The notes: generated by a model from the sequence alone, not told the origin. 64,000 bases of DNA from Gammaproteobacteria bacterium (GCA_963662545.2 CAXXLL010000003.1:1760001-1824000); one strand, 5' to 3'. Positions 9,736-20,423 are shown, numbered from the stretch's first letter. Program-made: numbers and translations.

Positions 9736-10767
9736 ATGGCGGCGCTGTTCCGGCTGTTGTCCACCCTGCTGCCGACACTGGCGCTCCTCGTCATCGTGTT
9801 CGGCGCTTACGTGCGGCTGACGGACGCCGGTCTGGGTTGTCCCGACTGGCCTGGATGCTATGGGCGGCTGGGGGTGCCTGAAGCCGGCACCGACGTCCAT
9901 CTCGACGACCCCGCCTGGAACGCACGGCCGCTAGAATCCGGCAAGGCCTGGCGCGAGATGACGCACCGTTATCTGGCCAGCGCGCTCGGTCTCGGCATCG
10001 TGCTCATGGCCTTCGCGGCACGCAATCCCGCGCGGCAGGGCGAGTCGAACGTCGCCGTGTACCTGCTCGTACCCCTCGTCGTGTTTCAGGGTGTCCTCGG
10101 CATGTGGACAGTCACCCTGCTGTTGAAGCCGCTCGTGGTCAGCGCTCACTTACTGGGAGGACTCGCAACTCTGTCGCTGTTGTGGTGGAATTTTATCGGC
10201 ACCTACCGATGGGCTACGCCACCCCAGGCCCTCGAGAACCTTGCAAAAGATCGCGGTGAGAAAGCGAGGCTGGTCGACCGCGGCGGCTTGAGAAAAATCG
10301 CCTGGATGGCGCTCACGGTGCTTATCGTGCAGATATTTCTGGGCGGGTGGACCAGCGCAAACTACGCCGCGCTGGCCTGCACGGATTTTCCGACCTGCCA
10401 GGGACGGTGGTGGCCAAATACCGACTTTGGCGAAGCGTTCGACCTGTGGCGGGGAGGCGAGATCAATTACGAATTCGGCGTCTTGGATACGCCCGCTCGT
10501 ACCGCGATACACCTCGCCCACCGGCTCGGCGCTGCAGTCGCTGCCGCGCTTATCTTGGGCGCTGGTCTGGCCGCGCTCGCCGGGGGTTCCGCACGCCTGC
10601 GGCGAGTGGCTTGGTGTATACTCGCGGCGCTCGTATTCCAGCTTGTGATAGGCATTTCGAACGTGATCGGCGGACTGCCGCTCCCAGTCGCGGTTGCGCA
10701 CAACGCAGGGGCTGCCGCGCTGCTTTTGACCCTGATCACGCTGCTTCACGCGATCTACCAAGATTAA
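9736..10767 (+). CDS. ctaA: Heme A synthase (COX15/CtaA)
   Basis: GLGCPDWPGCYG, EMTHRY, CTDFPTC, HLAHR, AHNAGA. Confidence 0.93.
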   Translation: MAALFRLLSTLLPTLALLVIVFGAYVRLTDAGLGCPDWPGCYGRLGVPEAGTDVHLDDPAWNARPLESGKAWREMTHRYLASALGLGIVLMAFAARNPARQGESNVAVYLLVPLVVFQGVLGMWTVTLLLKPLVVSAHLLGGLATLSLLWWNFIGTYRWATPPQALENLAKDRGEKARLVDRGGLRKIAWMALTVLIVQIFLGGWTSANYAALACTDFPTCQGRWWPNTDFGEAFDLWRGGEINYEFGVLDTPARTAIHLAHRLGAAVAAALILGAGLAALAGGSARLRRVAWCILAALVFQLVIGISNVIGGLPLPVAVAHNAGAAALLLTLITLLHAIYQD

Positions 10768-10947
10768 AATTTTGAGGTCAGGATGGGCCTGCAGATCTCA
10801 CCAGCTTTCAACTCAAGCGGCTCGATGGCACGCCCTGACGGGCATTCGCTCGTTCGCGACAAGGCCAGCGGCCAGGGGGCAGGATGCCCGCAGTCTCGGC
10901 AGCCATGCCTGAGCCTTAAACCATTTTGCAACGAACGCTGCTGAGAT

Positions 10948-11868
10948 ATGCGGGCTAGTACAACGGCAGCTTCGGCATCGATTGGCCACTGGCGCGACTA
11001 CGCCGAGTTATGCAAGCCGCGGGTCGTTGGTCTCATCGTGTTTACGGCCATCGTCGGTATGCTGCTGTCGACGCCCGGCGCCGTGCCGCTAGCAGTTTTT
11101 ATCCCTGCGACGCTAGGCATTGGTCTGGCCGCAGCATCGGCTGCCGCCATCAATCACGTTGCCGAATATCGTATTGATGCGCTCATGGCGAGGACGCGCA
11201 ACCGTCCATTACCCCAGGGCGAGTTGAATCGCGCTCACGCACTCGCGTTTGCGCTCATCCTCGGCGGCTTTTCGATGTATCTGCTCATCGCGTTCGTGAA
11301 CGTACTGACCGCGGTACTGACTTTCGCGGCACTGATTGGATATGCGGTCATTTACACGATGTATCTCAAATATGCGACGCCGCAGAACATCGTCATTGGC
11401 GGCGCGGCCGGCGCCGCGCCGCCAGTGTTGGGCTGGACCGCGGTAACGGGTCAGGTCGACCCGCACGCGCTGCTCTTGTTTCTCATTATCTTCGCGTGGA
11501 CACCGCCGCATTTCTGGGCGCTGGCCATTTACCGTCGCGATGAATATGCGAATGCCAAGATTCCAATGCTGCCGATTACACACGGAGTCGATTACACGCG
11601 GCGGCAGATATTGCTGTATACCTTGATCCTAGTAATCGCGACGCTTTTACCGTTCGTTACCTACATGAGCGGGGTAGTCTATCTTTGCGGCGCAATCTTG
11701 CTCGACGCGGGTTTTCTCTACTACGTAATTCGAATGCAAACAGACCACGACGACGCATTGGCCATACGTACGTTCAAATATTCGATCATCTATCTGATGA
11801 GCCTTTTTATCTTCTTTTTCCTGGACCACTATTGGGCAGTGGTTCTGAAACTCATCGGGATCGCTTGA
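10948..11868 (+). CDS. ctaB: Protoheme IX farnesyltransferase
   Basis: [37 protein letters not shown]. Confidence 0.95.
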   Translation: MRASTTAASASIGHWRDYAELCKPRVVGLIVFTAIVGMLLSTPGAVPLAVFIPATLGIGLAAASAAAINHVAEYRIDALMARTRNRPLPQGELNRAHALAFALILGGFSMYLLIAFVNVLTAVLTFAALIGYAVIYTMYLKYATPQNIVIGGAAGAAPPVLGWTAVTGQVDPHALLLFLIIFAWTPPHFWALAIYRRDEYANAKIPMLPITHGVDYTRRQILLYTLILVIATLLPFVTYMSGVVYLCGAILLDAGFLYYVIRMQTDHDDALAIRTFKYSIIYLMSLFIFFFLDHYWAVVLKLIGIA

Positions 11869-12584
11869 AAAAATCGGCGGCGACACGTCCGACGCCGGCA
11901 TTACCGAAGTGGTTGTGGCTGTGGTTCCCGCCGCTGCTGCTGCTCGTGATTCTTCCCATTCGGATCATCGATCCAGCCGCCTACAGTACGTGGATCGACG
12001 GTGAAATCGGCTTAATCGAGCTGACGACACCGGTTCTCGCTCTGATCGGCGCCGTGATCGGTTGCCGCCTGTTGTGGCGCCTGAAACGCGATGGCTTCAC
12101 CTCGATTAACGCTTGGATCGCGATCCTCGTTCTGGCCTGCATCTATTTCGCGGGCGAAGAACTCTCGTGGGGGCAGCATATTTTTCGATGGCAAACGCCT
12201 GACTTCATGGAAAACATCAACGATCAGAAAGAAACCAACCTGCACAACGTCAGCAGCTGGTTTGATCAAAAGCCGCGCTTGTTGCTGGAGCTGTGGGTGC
12301 TGATCGGGGGAATTTTTGTACCGCTCGGCGAATTGCGACGGGGTAGTCGGTTAACGCCTGCGGAATTTCGTTACTGGTTCTGGCCGACGTTGGACTGCCT
12401 GCCCGTCGCGGGGCTGGCCATCCTGGTTCGATTACCCGAGCGCTTGAAGGAATTATTCGACGTCGAATCGATGCCCTTGGAGATCCGTTACAGCGAACCG
12501 CAGGAATACTACTTCGCGATGTTCTTGATGCTTTACCTCGCCTCGCTGACCGCGCGCAAGCGTGGAGGGGCGTCAGGGCCTTGA
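11865..12584 (+). CDS. Hypothetical multi-pass membrane protein
   Basis: Several TM helices, [22 protein letters not shown]; probable TTG start at 11865. Confidence 0.7.
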   Translation: MKKSAATRPTPALPKWLWLWFPPLLLLVILPIRIIDPAAYSTWIDGEIGLIELTTPVLALIGAVIGCRLLWRLKRDGFTSINAWIAILVLACIYFAGEELSWGQHIFRWQTPDFMENINDQKETNLHNVSSWFDQKPRLLLELWVLIGGIFVPLGELRRGSRLTPAEFRYWFWPTLDCLPVAGLAILVRLPERLKELFDVESMPLEIRYSEPQEYYFAMFLMLYLASLTARKRGGASGP

Positions 12585-12619
12585 ATATCCGGGACGACTA
12601 GTCCGCCGCCGCGCCCGAC

Positions 12620-13513
12620 TCAACCGGTAACAGGCTCGGCGGCGATGGTTTCTTCGAGATCGGGGATTTGGTTTTTAAGCGTTTTGAAAGCGCTTTTTTC
12701 CAGTTGACGGATGCGTTCCGCTGAGACCTCGTATTTTTCTGCCAGTTTCTGCAAGGTCATTTTCGGATCGAGTAGCCAACGGCTGACGACGATGTCCCGG
12801 CTGCGAGCGTCGAGTTCACCGAGCGCCTCGCCCAGGCGCTCGGTCCGCACGGACTCCGCCTCCTCCTGCTCGTAGCACAAGGACGGTTCAAAACGCTGGT
12901 CTTGGAGATAAGCCGCCGGTACGAATGGATCTTCGTCATCGTCCGAACGGAGGTCGAAGGAGACATCGCGTGCGCTCAAGCGCTGCTCCATGGTCAACAC
13001 GTCGCGCGTTTCGACACCGAAATCCCTGGCGGCATCCTCGACTTCCTCGGCGCCCATCCAACCGAGGGTCTTTTTGGCGCTGCGAAGGTTAAAAAAGAGC
13101 TTGCGCTGCGCCTTGGTTGTAGCGACTTTGACAATGCGCCAGTTCTTGATGACGAATTCGTGAATCTCGGCCTTGATCCAATGGACGGCGAAGGAAACGA
13201 GGCGCACACCCACATCCGGGTCGAAACGCTTCACGGCTTTCATCAAGCCGATATTACCTTCCTGGATGAGGTCGCCATGGGCGAGTCCATAACCTTTGTA
13301 ACGACGGGCGACGCTGACCACGAAGCGCAGATGCGCGAGGACGAGTTCACGCGCAGCGTCCAGATCGCCGTGCTCGCGGTATCGGCGAGCGAGGTCCTGT
13401 TCCTCCTCGAGCGAGAGGAGCGGAATTCGCTGGACCGCGTCGACATAGGCTTCGAGCGAGCCTGTCGGTAATGGAAGCTGCAAATTCAGGGCCATAGACA
13501 TGTTTTTACGCAC
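12620..13513 (-). CDS. rpoH: RNA polymerase sigma-32 factor
   Basis: DLIQEGNIGLMKAV and RpoH box QRKLFFNLR; downstream of ftsX. Confidence 0.95.
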   Translation of the reverse strand: MRKNMSMALNLQLPLPTGSLEAYVDAVQRIPLLSLEEEQDLARRYREHGDLDAARELVLAHLRFVVSVARRYKGYGLAHGDLIQEGNIGLMKAVKRFDPDVGVRLVSFAVHWIKAEIHEFVIKNWRIVKVATTKAQRKLFFNLRSAKKTLGWMGAEEVEDAARDFGVETRDVLTMEQRLSARDVSFDLRSDDDEDPFVPAAYLQDQRFEPSLCYEQEEAESVRTERLGEALGELDARSRDIVVSRWLLDPKMTLQKLAEKYEVSAERIRQLEKSAFKTLKNQIPDLEETIAAEPVTG

Positions 13514-13537
13514 CTCTCCAGGGTTGCGCCGACTATT

Positions 13538-13564
13538 TTAGCACTCTCCGCATTAGAGTGCTAA
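13538..13564. promoter_or_regulatory. CIRCE element (HrcA operator) upstream of rpoH
   Basis: Exact TTAGCACTC-N9-GAGTGCTAA. Confidence 0.95.
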
Positions 13565-13583
13565 CCGCCGGTCGAGTTCCGCA

Positions 13584-14546
13584 CTAGTCGACCGGATCGA
13601 GTGGCCGGAGGCTTAAGATGATACCGATCCAGGCGCCCGACCAGCCGAGTCCGCAGGAGACAGCGATCAGCAGGACGGCCTGGACCGCCGAAAATCCTGC
13701 GATCGTGAAGTCGCTCAGGTAGGTTTCAGCGACCCGGGCGACGGGATTCTTGAGTGCCGCAAAGACCGTCTCAACCAGTAGAGCCGCTGCGGCGCCGGCC
13801 AGAAAGCCGTGCATCGCACCGCTATAGAGAAACGGTCTGCGGATGAACGCGTCCGTTGCGCCCACCAGCTTGAGCACCTCGATCTCATCTTGATGTTGGT
13901 GAACCAGCGCACGGAAGGTATTGCCCACGATCAGTAAAGCACCGCCGGCGAGCAGTAAGGCTACGATGAAAACGGCGCGCTCGGCCACCCGCCCGATGGC
14001 GCTCAGGCGGTCGATCCAGGCAAAGTCGACCAGCACGGTGTCGATGGAAGTGTTCGATTCCAGTGCTGCGATCAAACTTTGCGCCCGGTCGGCGTCCCAG
14101 GTGGCGGCACGCGGAACGAGGACAACTACGTGCGGCAGCGGATTGACTTCGTCGTCGGCGATGTCTGCCAGTCCTGAGCTTGCAGCAAATTCGGCAAACG
14201 CATCATCGCGGTGGATGAGCCGTACGCTAGCGACGCGTGAATCGCCGGCCAGTTGCTGCATCAGCCGCTCGGCCGCTCCCGCGTCAACCCCACGGTGAAG
14301 AAACGCGCTCAGGCTTGCCTCGTCGCCCCAGTCCTCAAACAGCGCGTGCTGATTCTGAATGAAGATGTACAGTAAGGCCGGTAAGGCAATGGCGACGGCC
14401 ATGACGGCAATCCCGATAGCGGTCGGTGCCCGGTTTGCGTCCACCTGTTTGAAGCTTTCACCGAGGGCGCGCCAGTGCTGTAAAAAAACCGACTCGGTGC
14501 GAAAACGCCGTGCCCCCTCAGCGGGAGTCGTCCTGCGGATATTCAT
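13584..14546 (-). CDS. ftsX: Cell division permease FtsX
   Basis: NPLP, EIEVLKLVGATDAFIRRPFLYSG. Confidence 0.92.
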   Translation of the reverse strand: MNIRRTTPAEGARRFRTESVFLQHWRALGESFKQVDANRAPTAIGIAVMAVAIALPALLYIFIQNQHALFEDWGDEASLSAFLHRGVDAGAAERLMQQLAGDSRVASVRLIHRDDAFAEFAASSGLADIADDEVNPLPHVVVLVPRAATWDADRAQSLIAALESNTSIDTVLVDFAWIDRLSAIGRVAERAVFIVALLLAGGALLIVGNTFRALVHQHQDEIEVLKLVGATDAFIRRPFLYSGAMHGFLAGAAAALLVETVFAALKNPVARVAETYLSDFTIAGFSAVQAVLLIAVSCGLGWSGAWIGIILSLRPLDPVD

Positions 14547-15214
14547 GGTGTCGGCAGGGTATCGCTGAGCAGGCTGCCTTCCTTCAGTTCGATAACGCGC
14601 CGGTGACCCTTACGCAATAGCTCGACGTCATGCGTGGCGATAATCATGGTTACGCCGACCTGGTTGAATTGGTCAAATAAAGCCAGGATTTCCTGCGAAA
14701 GCGCGGGGTCGAGGTTTCCCGTCGGTTCATCCGCCAGCAGGATTGTCGGACGATTAACCACCGCACGCGCGATTCCAACCCTTTGCTGCTCACCCGCTGA
14801 AAGCGTATCCGGCGTGGCGCGTTCCTTGTGCAGCAGGTTCACTTTGTCGAGCGCCGCGCGAACGCGTTTACGGATCTCGCGGTGCCTGATCGCCGCGACC
14901 GTCAATGGCAGAGCCACATTCTCGAAAACCGAACGTCTGGGCAACAGTTTGTGCTCCTGAAATATCATACCGATATGCCGCCGGTAGTAAGGGACTTCCT
15001 GCGCGGGAACGCGTTCGAGATTGCGTCCGTCAACAATGACATTTCCACGGCTGGTTCTTTCAATCAGCGCGATCAAGCGCAGCAACGTGCTCTTGCCCGC
15101 ACCCGAATGCCCGGTAAGAAAGGTGTATTCGCCGGCCTCGATAAGCAAGTCGACATTCCGTAAGCCTTGATTACCGCCAGGGTAAGTCTTGGTTACCGCG
15201 CTGAAATGAATCAC
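14543..15214 (-). CDS. ftsE: Cell division ATPase FtsE
   Basis: GHSGAGKST, LSAGEQQRV, LADEPTGNLD. Confidence 0.95.
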   Translation of the reverse strand: MIHFSAVTKTYPGGNQGLRNVDLLIEAGEYTFLTGHSGAGKSTLLRLIALIERTSRGNVIVDGRNLERVPAQEVPYYRRHIGMIFQEHKLLPRRSVFENVALPLTVAAIRHREIRKRVRAALDKVNLLHKERATPDTLSAGEQQRVGIARAVVNRPTILLADEPTGNLDPALSQEILALFDQFNQVGVTMIIATHDVELLRKGHRRVIELKEGSLLSDTLPTP

Positions 15215-16137
15215 TTTGCGCCGTCCGATAACGTTGTGCCGAAATCTCCCAGCAACGCCCGGGTAAAATCCTCGGCCACGAACGGCTGCAAATCGCGGTC
15301 CTGTTCACCTACGCCGATAAAGCGTATGGGCAGGCCAAACCGTTCGGCCAGGGCGAAGATCACACCACCTTTGGCCGTTCCATCAAGCTTGGTGAGACAC
15401 AATCCAGTGACGTCAACGGCGGCGCAGAATTCCTGCGCCTGGTTGATCGTGTTTTGACCCATCGTCGCATCGACTACGAGGAGTACTTCCTGCGGAGCCT
15501 TGGCGTTATGTTTGGCGATTACGCGTTTGACCTTGACGAGTTCGGCCATGAGATTGTCTTGGGTATGCAGGCGGCCCGCGGTGTCGGCGATGAGGACGTC
15601 AACACCGCGCCTACGTGCCGCCGCGCAGGCGTCGTAAATCACCGACGCCGAATCCGCGCCGGGCGATTGCGCGATGACGGGGACCTGCAGACGTTCGCCC
15701 CAGGTATTCAGTTGTTCCGTAGCGGCCGCGCGGAACGTATCGCCGGCGGCGAGCATCACCGAGCGTCCCTGCGCCTGCAGCATGCGGGTGATCTTGGCGA
15801 TCGTCGTCGTTTTACCGACGCCGTTGACGCCGACGACCAATATCACGAAAGGCGTGTCGTCCGATGAGTCACAGACCAGGGCCTGTTCGCAAGGTTTAAG
15901 GATGGCCGACATTTCGCGACGGATCACGCTCGCTGCCGTATCGTCGGTGCCGATATTGCGCACGCCCTGGATAATACGCGCGGTTGCCGCTACGCCGACA
16001 TCGGCCTGAAGGAGCACGTTCTCGAGTTCTTCCAGCGCCACGGCGTCGACCCTGGCCGACTCGGCAAACAGACGATGGATCCCGCGCGCGAGTCCTTCGC
16101 GCGTGCGGGCAATGCCGGCCTTTAGTCGACGGAACAT
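15211..16137 (-). CDS. ftsY: SRP receptor FtsY (NG domain only)
   Basis: GVNGVGKTT, DTFRAAA, DTAGR, TKLDGTAKGG. Confidence 0.95.
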   Translation of the reverse strand: MFRRLKAGIARTREGLARGIHRLFAESARVDAVALEELENVLLQADVGVAATARIIQGVRNIGTDDTAASVIRREMSAILKPCEQALVCDSSDDTPFVILVVGVNGVGKTTTIAKITRMLQAQGRSVMLAAGDTFRAAATEQLNTWGERLQVPVIAQSPGADSASVIYDACAAARRRGVDVLIADTAGRLHTQDNLMAELVKVKRVIAKHNAKAPQEVLLVVDATMGQNTINQAQEFCAAVDVTGLCLTKLDGTAKGGVIFALAERFGLPIRFIGVGEQDRDLQPFVAEDFTRALLGDFGTTLSDGAK

Positions 16138-16283
16138 AATGCTTTCGGGGGTATTCGCTTACCGGCTCGGCGCTAGTTCAGTGCCTGGCGAAACGGTGTT
16201 GGTCGGGGATTGGGCGTCCGCTGCCATTTAGCTGCGGATTATCGCGTCGATACCGTCCGTGCCCTGTCCTCATCGCTCGTTAG

Positions 16284-16445
16284 GGAACCTCTGAATAAGT
16301 CATGGTGGGTCTGAATGGTTCATGCAATGGTACAGATCAAGGCACGAATCGCCGGCCATAGCGGGGACTATGGGCAAGGTTCGTAACGTAAGGCTCCGCC
16401 ATTTCATGGGCGAGGCAGATGTGCCATGACTTATTCAGAGGTTCC
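16284..16445. mobile_element. 162-bp MITE, copy 1 (IS5-like ends)
   Basis: 22-bp terminal IR GGAACCTCTGAATAAGTCATGG; TTAG on both flanks; inverted homolog at 53917-54078. Confidence 0.88.
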
Positions 16446-16607
16446 TTAGGTTTATCACAAGCCCGAAAATGTTTCCGACGAGGGGCGGGTCGCCTCTTCG
16501 CCGGATGCGATATCCTAGCATTCGGCACAACCCAGGTCTCAGGGGAACATTTCGGCGAGCCCGGAGTCCATTTTCGGCAACGACCGGCGGTCAGGAGCGA
16601 CAAATTA

Positions 16608-17954
16608 ATGAAAAGTCTTAGCATCGCGACACTCATCACGGGGCTCGCGATCACGGCATTCGCTGTGGCCGAGAATCGCACGCAGGAGTACAAACTCGAC
16701 AACGGCCTCGAGCTGATCGTGCAGGAAGATCATCGAGCCCCCGTCGCGGTCGTACAAGTCTGGTATCGCGTCGGCTCGAGCTATGAATATGACGGCATTA
16801 CCGGCGTCTCTCACGCACTCGAACACATGATGTTCAAGCGTACGGAGGACCTGGAAACGGGAGAGTTCTCGACCATTGTTGCCGCTAAAGGGGGCCGCGA
16901 AAACGCGTTTACCAGCGCCGACTACACCGCCTATTTTCAACAGTGGTCCGCAGAAAACGTCGAATTGAGTTTCGAGATCGAGGCCGAGCGCATGCACAAG
17001 CTCGTCATCGAGGACGAGGAGTTCGCCAAGGAAATCAACGTCGTTTTAGAAGAGCGGCGCCTGCGGACCGACGATAACCCGCAAGCCTTGGCCGCCGAGG
17101 CCTCGCGCGCAGTGGCCTTTCAAACCAGCCCCTACCGATACCCGGTCATCGGCTGGGAAGCCGATATCAAAAACATGAGCGCCGACGATCTTCGCCGCTG
17201 GTACGATCGCTGGTACGGGCCGAACAACGCTATCGTGGTGGTGGTCGGCGACGTCGATCCTAATGAAGTTCACGCGCTTGCGAAAAAGCATTTCGGGCCG
17301 CTGGCGGCACGCGATATCCCGCCGCCCAAGTCGCGCCCGGAAGTACCCCAGCATGGTACCAAGCGGGTGACCTTTAGGAGCGCGAAAGCCAAGGTTCCCT
17401 ATCTCATCATGGGTTTCAAGGCCCCCGTTTTGGCCCAGGCCATATCGAGCGTTGAGGTCGAGGAGTGGGAAATTTATGCGCTCGACGTCCTCGCCGAGAC
17501 GCTAGATGGTGATGCCAGCGCGAGATTTCAGCGCAACCTCGTCCGCGGTCGTGAAATCGCCTCTGAGATCAGCGCCAGCTTCTCGTCGTCGTCCCGCTTG
17601 ACATCCCTTTTCTCCTGCAACGCCGTGCCGCGGGAGGGTACGAGCCTGGCCGAACTCGAGCAGGCGATACTCGATGAGATCGACGCGCTCAAAAAAGATC
17701 CGCCGAGCGTCGAAGAACTCGAGCGCATCAAGACGCAGGTCGTCGCCGACACGGTATTCGAGCGTGACTCGATGCAGCATCAGGCCATGATTATCGGAAG
17801 CTTGAGAGCGGTCGGACTCGATTGGCGGCTCAAAGACACCTATGTCGACTCCATCAAGGCGGTTACGCGCGCGCAGGTACTCGAGGTCGCCGCGAAGTAT
17901 CTGAAGCGCGAGGTCCTGACCGTCGCCTACTTATTACCGGAGGAGGCATCATGA
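16608..17954 (+). CDS. M16 zinc peptidase (active subunit, secreted)
   Basis: Signal peptide, HALEH (HxxEH), NAFTS, EERRLR. Confidence 0.9.
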   Translation: MKSLSIATLITGLAITAFAVAENRTQEYKLDNGLELIVQEDHRAPVAVVQVWYRVGSSYEYDGITGVSHALEHMMFKRTEDLETGEFSTIVAAKGGRENAFTSADYTAYFQQWSAENVELSFEIEAERMHKLVIEDEEFAKEINVVLEERRLRTDDNPQALAAEASRAVAFQTSPYRYPVIGWEADIKNMSADDLRRWYDRWYGPNNAIVVVVGDVDPNEVHALAKKHFGPLAARDIPPPKSRPEVPQHGTKRVTFRSAKAKVPYLIMGFKAPVLAQAISSVEVEEWEIYALDVLAETLDGDASARFQRNLVRGREIASEISASFSSSSRLTSLFSCNAVPREGTSLAELEQAILDEIDALKKDPPSVEELERIKTQVVADTVFERDSMQHQAMIIGSLRAVGLDWRLKDTYVDSIKAVTRAQVLEVAAKYLKREVLTVAYLLPEEAS

Positions 17955-19273
17955 GTCTTAGGCTTCGTATCCTTGCAATACTCTTTTGCCTCGCGGCGGT
18001 GAAAGCCGTTGCCGACACGCCGTCGATCGAGCATTGGACGACGGCGAACGGCGCCCGCGTGTACTTCGTCGCGGCCCCCGAGATAGCGATGATCGACGTA
18101 CACGTCGTTTTCGCCGCGGGCAGCGCCCGCGATGGAGATCGCAAAGGTCTGGCGAATTTGACCAACGGCTTATTGAAGGAAGGTGCGGGCCCACTCGATG
18201 CAGACGCCTTTAACCGCCGCCTCGGCGCGACGGGCGCCCGCATGCACACGAGGACCGCGCGGGACATGGCCTACTTGAGGTTGAGAACACTGGCCGATGA
18301 CCAATACGCTGAACCTGCGCTCGACTTGTTTACGGACGCGGTTGCGCGTCCGAGGTTCGACGAAGGCGCTATCGAACGGCTGAGTGCTCGTGTGATCGTT
18401 GCACTAAAACGTAAGAAACAGTCGCCGGGCAGGATCGCGCAGGACGCTTTTTTCAGGGCGCTTTATGCCGACCATCCGTACGCGTCGCCGACCGACGGTA
18501 CGGAGGAATCCGTCGCGGGCTTTAAACGTGTCGATATCCTGGATTTCCACAAGCGGTACTACGTTGCGCACAATGCGGTGATCGCAATCGTCGGCGCACT
18601 CGATAAAGCGCGTGCAAAGCAAATCGCCGAGGCTATCACCGCACCGCTCGTCGCCGGAGAAAAAGCCGGGGTTTTGCCGGAGATCACCGCGCCCGGTGCG
18701 ACAGAGAAGCATATCGAATTCCCGTCCATCCAAAGCCACGTGCGCGTTGGTCTGCCAGGCATGCGACGTGGCGATCCGGACTACTTTCCGCTGCTGGTCG
18801 GTAATCATGCGCTCGGCGGCAATTCGCTCGTTTCTATACTGTTCCGCGAAATTCGGGCCAAGCGCGGCCTTTCGTATAGCGCGTATAGTTACTTCATGCC
18901 GATGGCGCAGCCGGGCCCCTTCATCGCCGCTCTGCAGACCGACCGAACGCAGCAAGCGGAAGCGCTCAAGATACTGTACGAGACCATTGAAAAGTTCGTC
19001 ACGGACGGTCCTCCGACCGCCGACCTCGCCGCAGCCAAGAACAATCTTATCGGAGGTTTTCCGCTACGTATCGACAGTAATTCCAAGATCGTCGAATACA
19101 TCGCGATGATCGGGTTCTACGACCTGCCCCTCGACTACCTGGACACATTCACCGCCCGGGTCGCGGCGGTGACTGCAGAAACGGTCAAGGACGCTTTCAG
19201 CCGGCGCCTTGATATAGAAAACCTCGTGACCGTGATCGTCGGAAGAACGGGCGCGCAAGCTGACGATTCGTAA
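17951..19273 (+). CDS. M16 peptidase partner subunit (lacks HxxEH)
   Basis: AGSARD, HPY, REIRAKRGLSY; overlaps the upstream stop. Confidence 0.88.
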   Translation: MSLRLRILAILFCLAAVKAVADTPSIEHWTTANGARVYFVAAPEIAMIDVHVVFAAGSARDGDRKGLANLTNGLLKEGAGPLDADAFNRRLGATGARMHTRTARDMAYLRLRTLADDQYAEPALDLFTDAVARPRFDEGAIERLSARVIVALKRKKQSPGRIAQDAFFRALYADHPYASPTDGTEESVAGFKRVDILDFHKRYYVAHNAVIAIVGALDKARAKQIAEAITAPLVAGEKAGVLPEITAPGATEKHIEFPSIQSHVRVGLPGMRRGDPDYFPLLVGNHALGGNSLVSILFREIRAKRGLSYSAYSYFMPMAQPGPFIAALQTDRTQQAEALKILYETIEKFVTDGPPTADLAAAKNNLIGGFPLRIDSNSKIVEYIAMIGFYDLPLDYLDTFTARVAAVTAETVKDAFSRRLDIENLVTVIVGRTGAQADDS

Positions 19274-19278
19274 CGACC

Positions 19279-19836
19279 ATGGCGAGCGGCGCAAGCGGGG
19301 CGGTCCGTATCATCGGCGGCCGCTGGCGTCACACCCGCATCCCCGTCGCTGCCCAGAAGGAATTGCGCCCGACCGCTGATCGCATTCGCGAAACCCTGTT
19401 CAACTGGCTCGCGATGCATTTGCCGGGAGCGCGCTGCCTCGACCTTTTTGCCGGCACTGGAGCACTCGGCTTTGAAGCATTGTCGCGCGGCGCCGCCTCT
19501 TGTCACTTCGTCGAACACGATGCGATATTGGTCGCGAAAATGAACGTCCTCAAGCAGCGTTTGGACACTTCGTCGGCAGAAATCCTCCATGCGGATGCGT
19601 TTCGTTGGTTAAAGCGGACGCCACAAGCTTTCGATATCGTGTTTCTCGATCCGCCTTTTGAATCACCCCTGCTCGACCGTGCGCTAAAATGCATCGAACA
19701 GGGATGGACGACGGCGGCGAGTATCGTCTACCTCGAAGCGCCAAGCGGTAAACTGCCCGAGACGGATTCATGGCAAACCATCAAACAGAATGCAACGCGT
19801 TATGTGAGCTACGCAATCGTCCAGCGGTCGCGATAA
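19279..19836 (+). CDS. rsmD: 16S rRNA m2G966 methyltransferase
   Basis: RIIGGRWR, LRPTADRIRETLFNWL, DLFAGTG, FLDPPF. Confidence 0.95.
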   Translation: MASGASGAVRIIGGRWRHTRIPVAAQKELRPTADRIRETLFNWLAMHLPGARCLDLFAGTGALGFEALSRGAASCHFVEHDAILVAKMNVLKQRLDTSSAEILHADAFRWLKRTPQAFDIVFLDPPFESPLLDRALKCIEQGWTTAASIVYLEAPSGKLPETDSWQTIKQNATRYVSYAIVQRSR

Positions 19837-19875
19837 ACTATGACGCTCTCCGGTTCCAAAAACATTCAACGATAA

Positions 19876-20373
19876 ATGGGGAATAATTTGATTACGACGG
19901 CGATCTACCCCGGGACTTTTGATCCGATCACGCACGGGCATACCGACATCGTCTCCAGGGCCGCAGTGGTGTTTGATCGATTGATCGTTGCCATTGCCGC
20001 GAGCACGGGCAAGAAAACCGTTTTCTCCGCCGACGAAAGGGTCGCGCTCGCGGCCGAGATCTTGAGCACTTATGACAATGTAGAAGTCAGGTGTTTCGAC
20101 GGCTTGATGGTCAACTTTGCGCGCGAAATCGAGGCCACGGTCATACTCAGAGGATTACGGGCGGTGTCCGATTTCGAATACGAATTCCAGCTCGCCGGGA
20201 TGAACCGCAAACTGATGCCCGAAGCCGACACGGTGTTCATGCCGACCTCGGAGAAGTTCACGTATATATCATCCTCGCTGGTTCGCGAGATTTCGTCTCT
20301 AGGTGGAGACATCAGCGATTTCGTGCACCCCCGCATTCGCGACGCCCTGGCCGAACGGTTGGAGACGCGCTAG
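19876..20373 (+). CDS. coaD: Phosphopantetheine adenylyltransferase
   Basis: YPGTFDPITHGH, RGLRAVSDFEYE, ISSSLVRE. Confidence 0.97.
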   Translation: MGNNLITTAIYPGTFDPITHGHTDIVSRAAVVFDRLIVAIAASTGKKTVFSADERVALAAEILSTYDNVEVRCFDGLMVNFAREIEATVILRGLRAVSDFEYEFQLAGMNRKLMPEADTVFMPTSEKFTYISSSLVREISSLGGDISDFVHPRIRDALAERLETR

Positions 20374-20423
20374 ATACGTGGTCTGCATGATAGGAAACAC
20401 TACCGGGCGCGTCGATACACATT

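Noticed and set aside
16419-16607. Long N-terminal extension of the M16 peptidase in the ORF track
   Set aside because: It starts inside the MITE; ATG 16608 has an upstream AGGAG and begins a signal peptide
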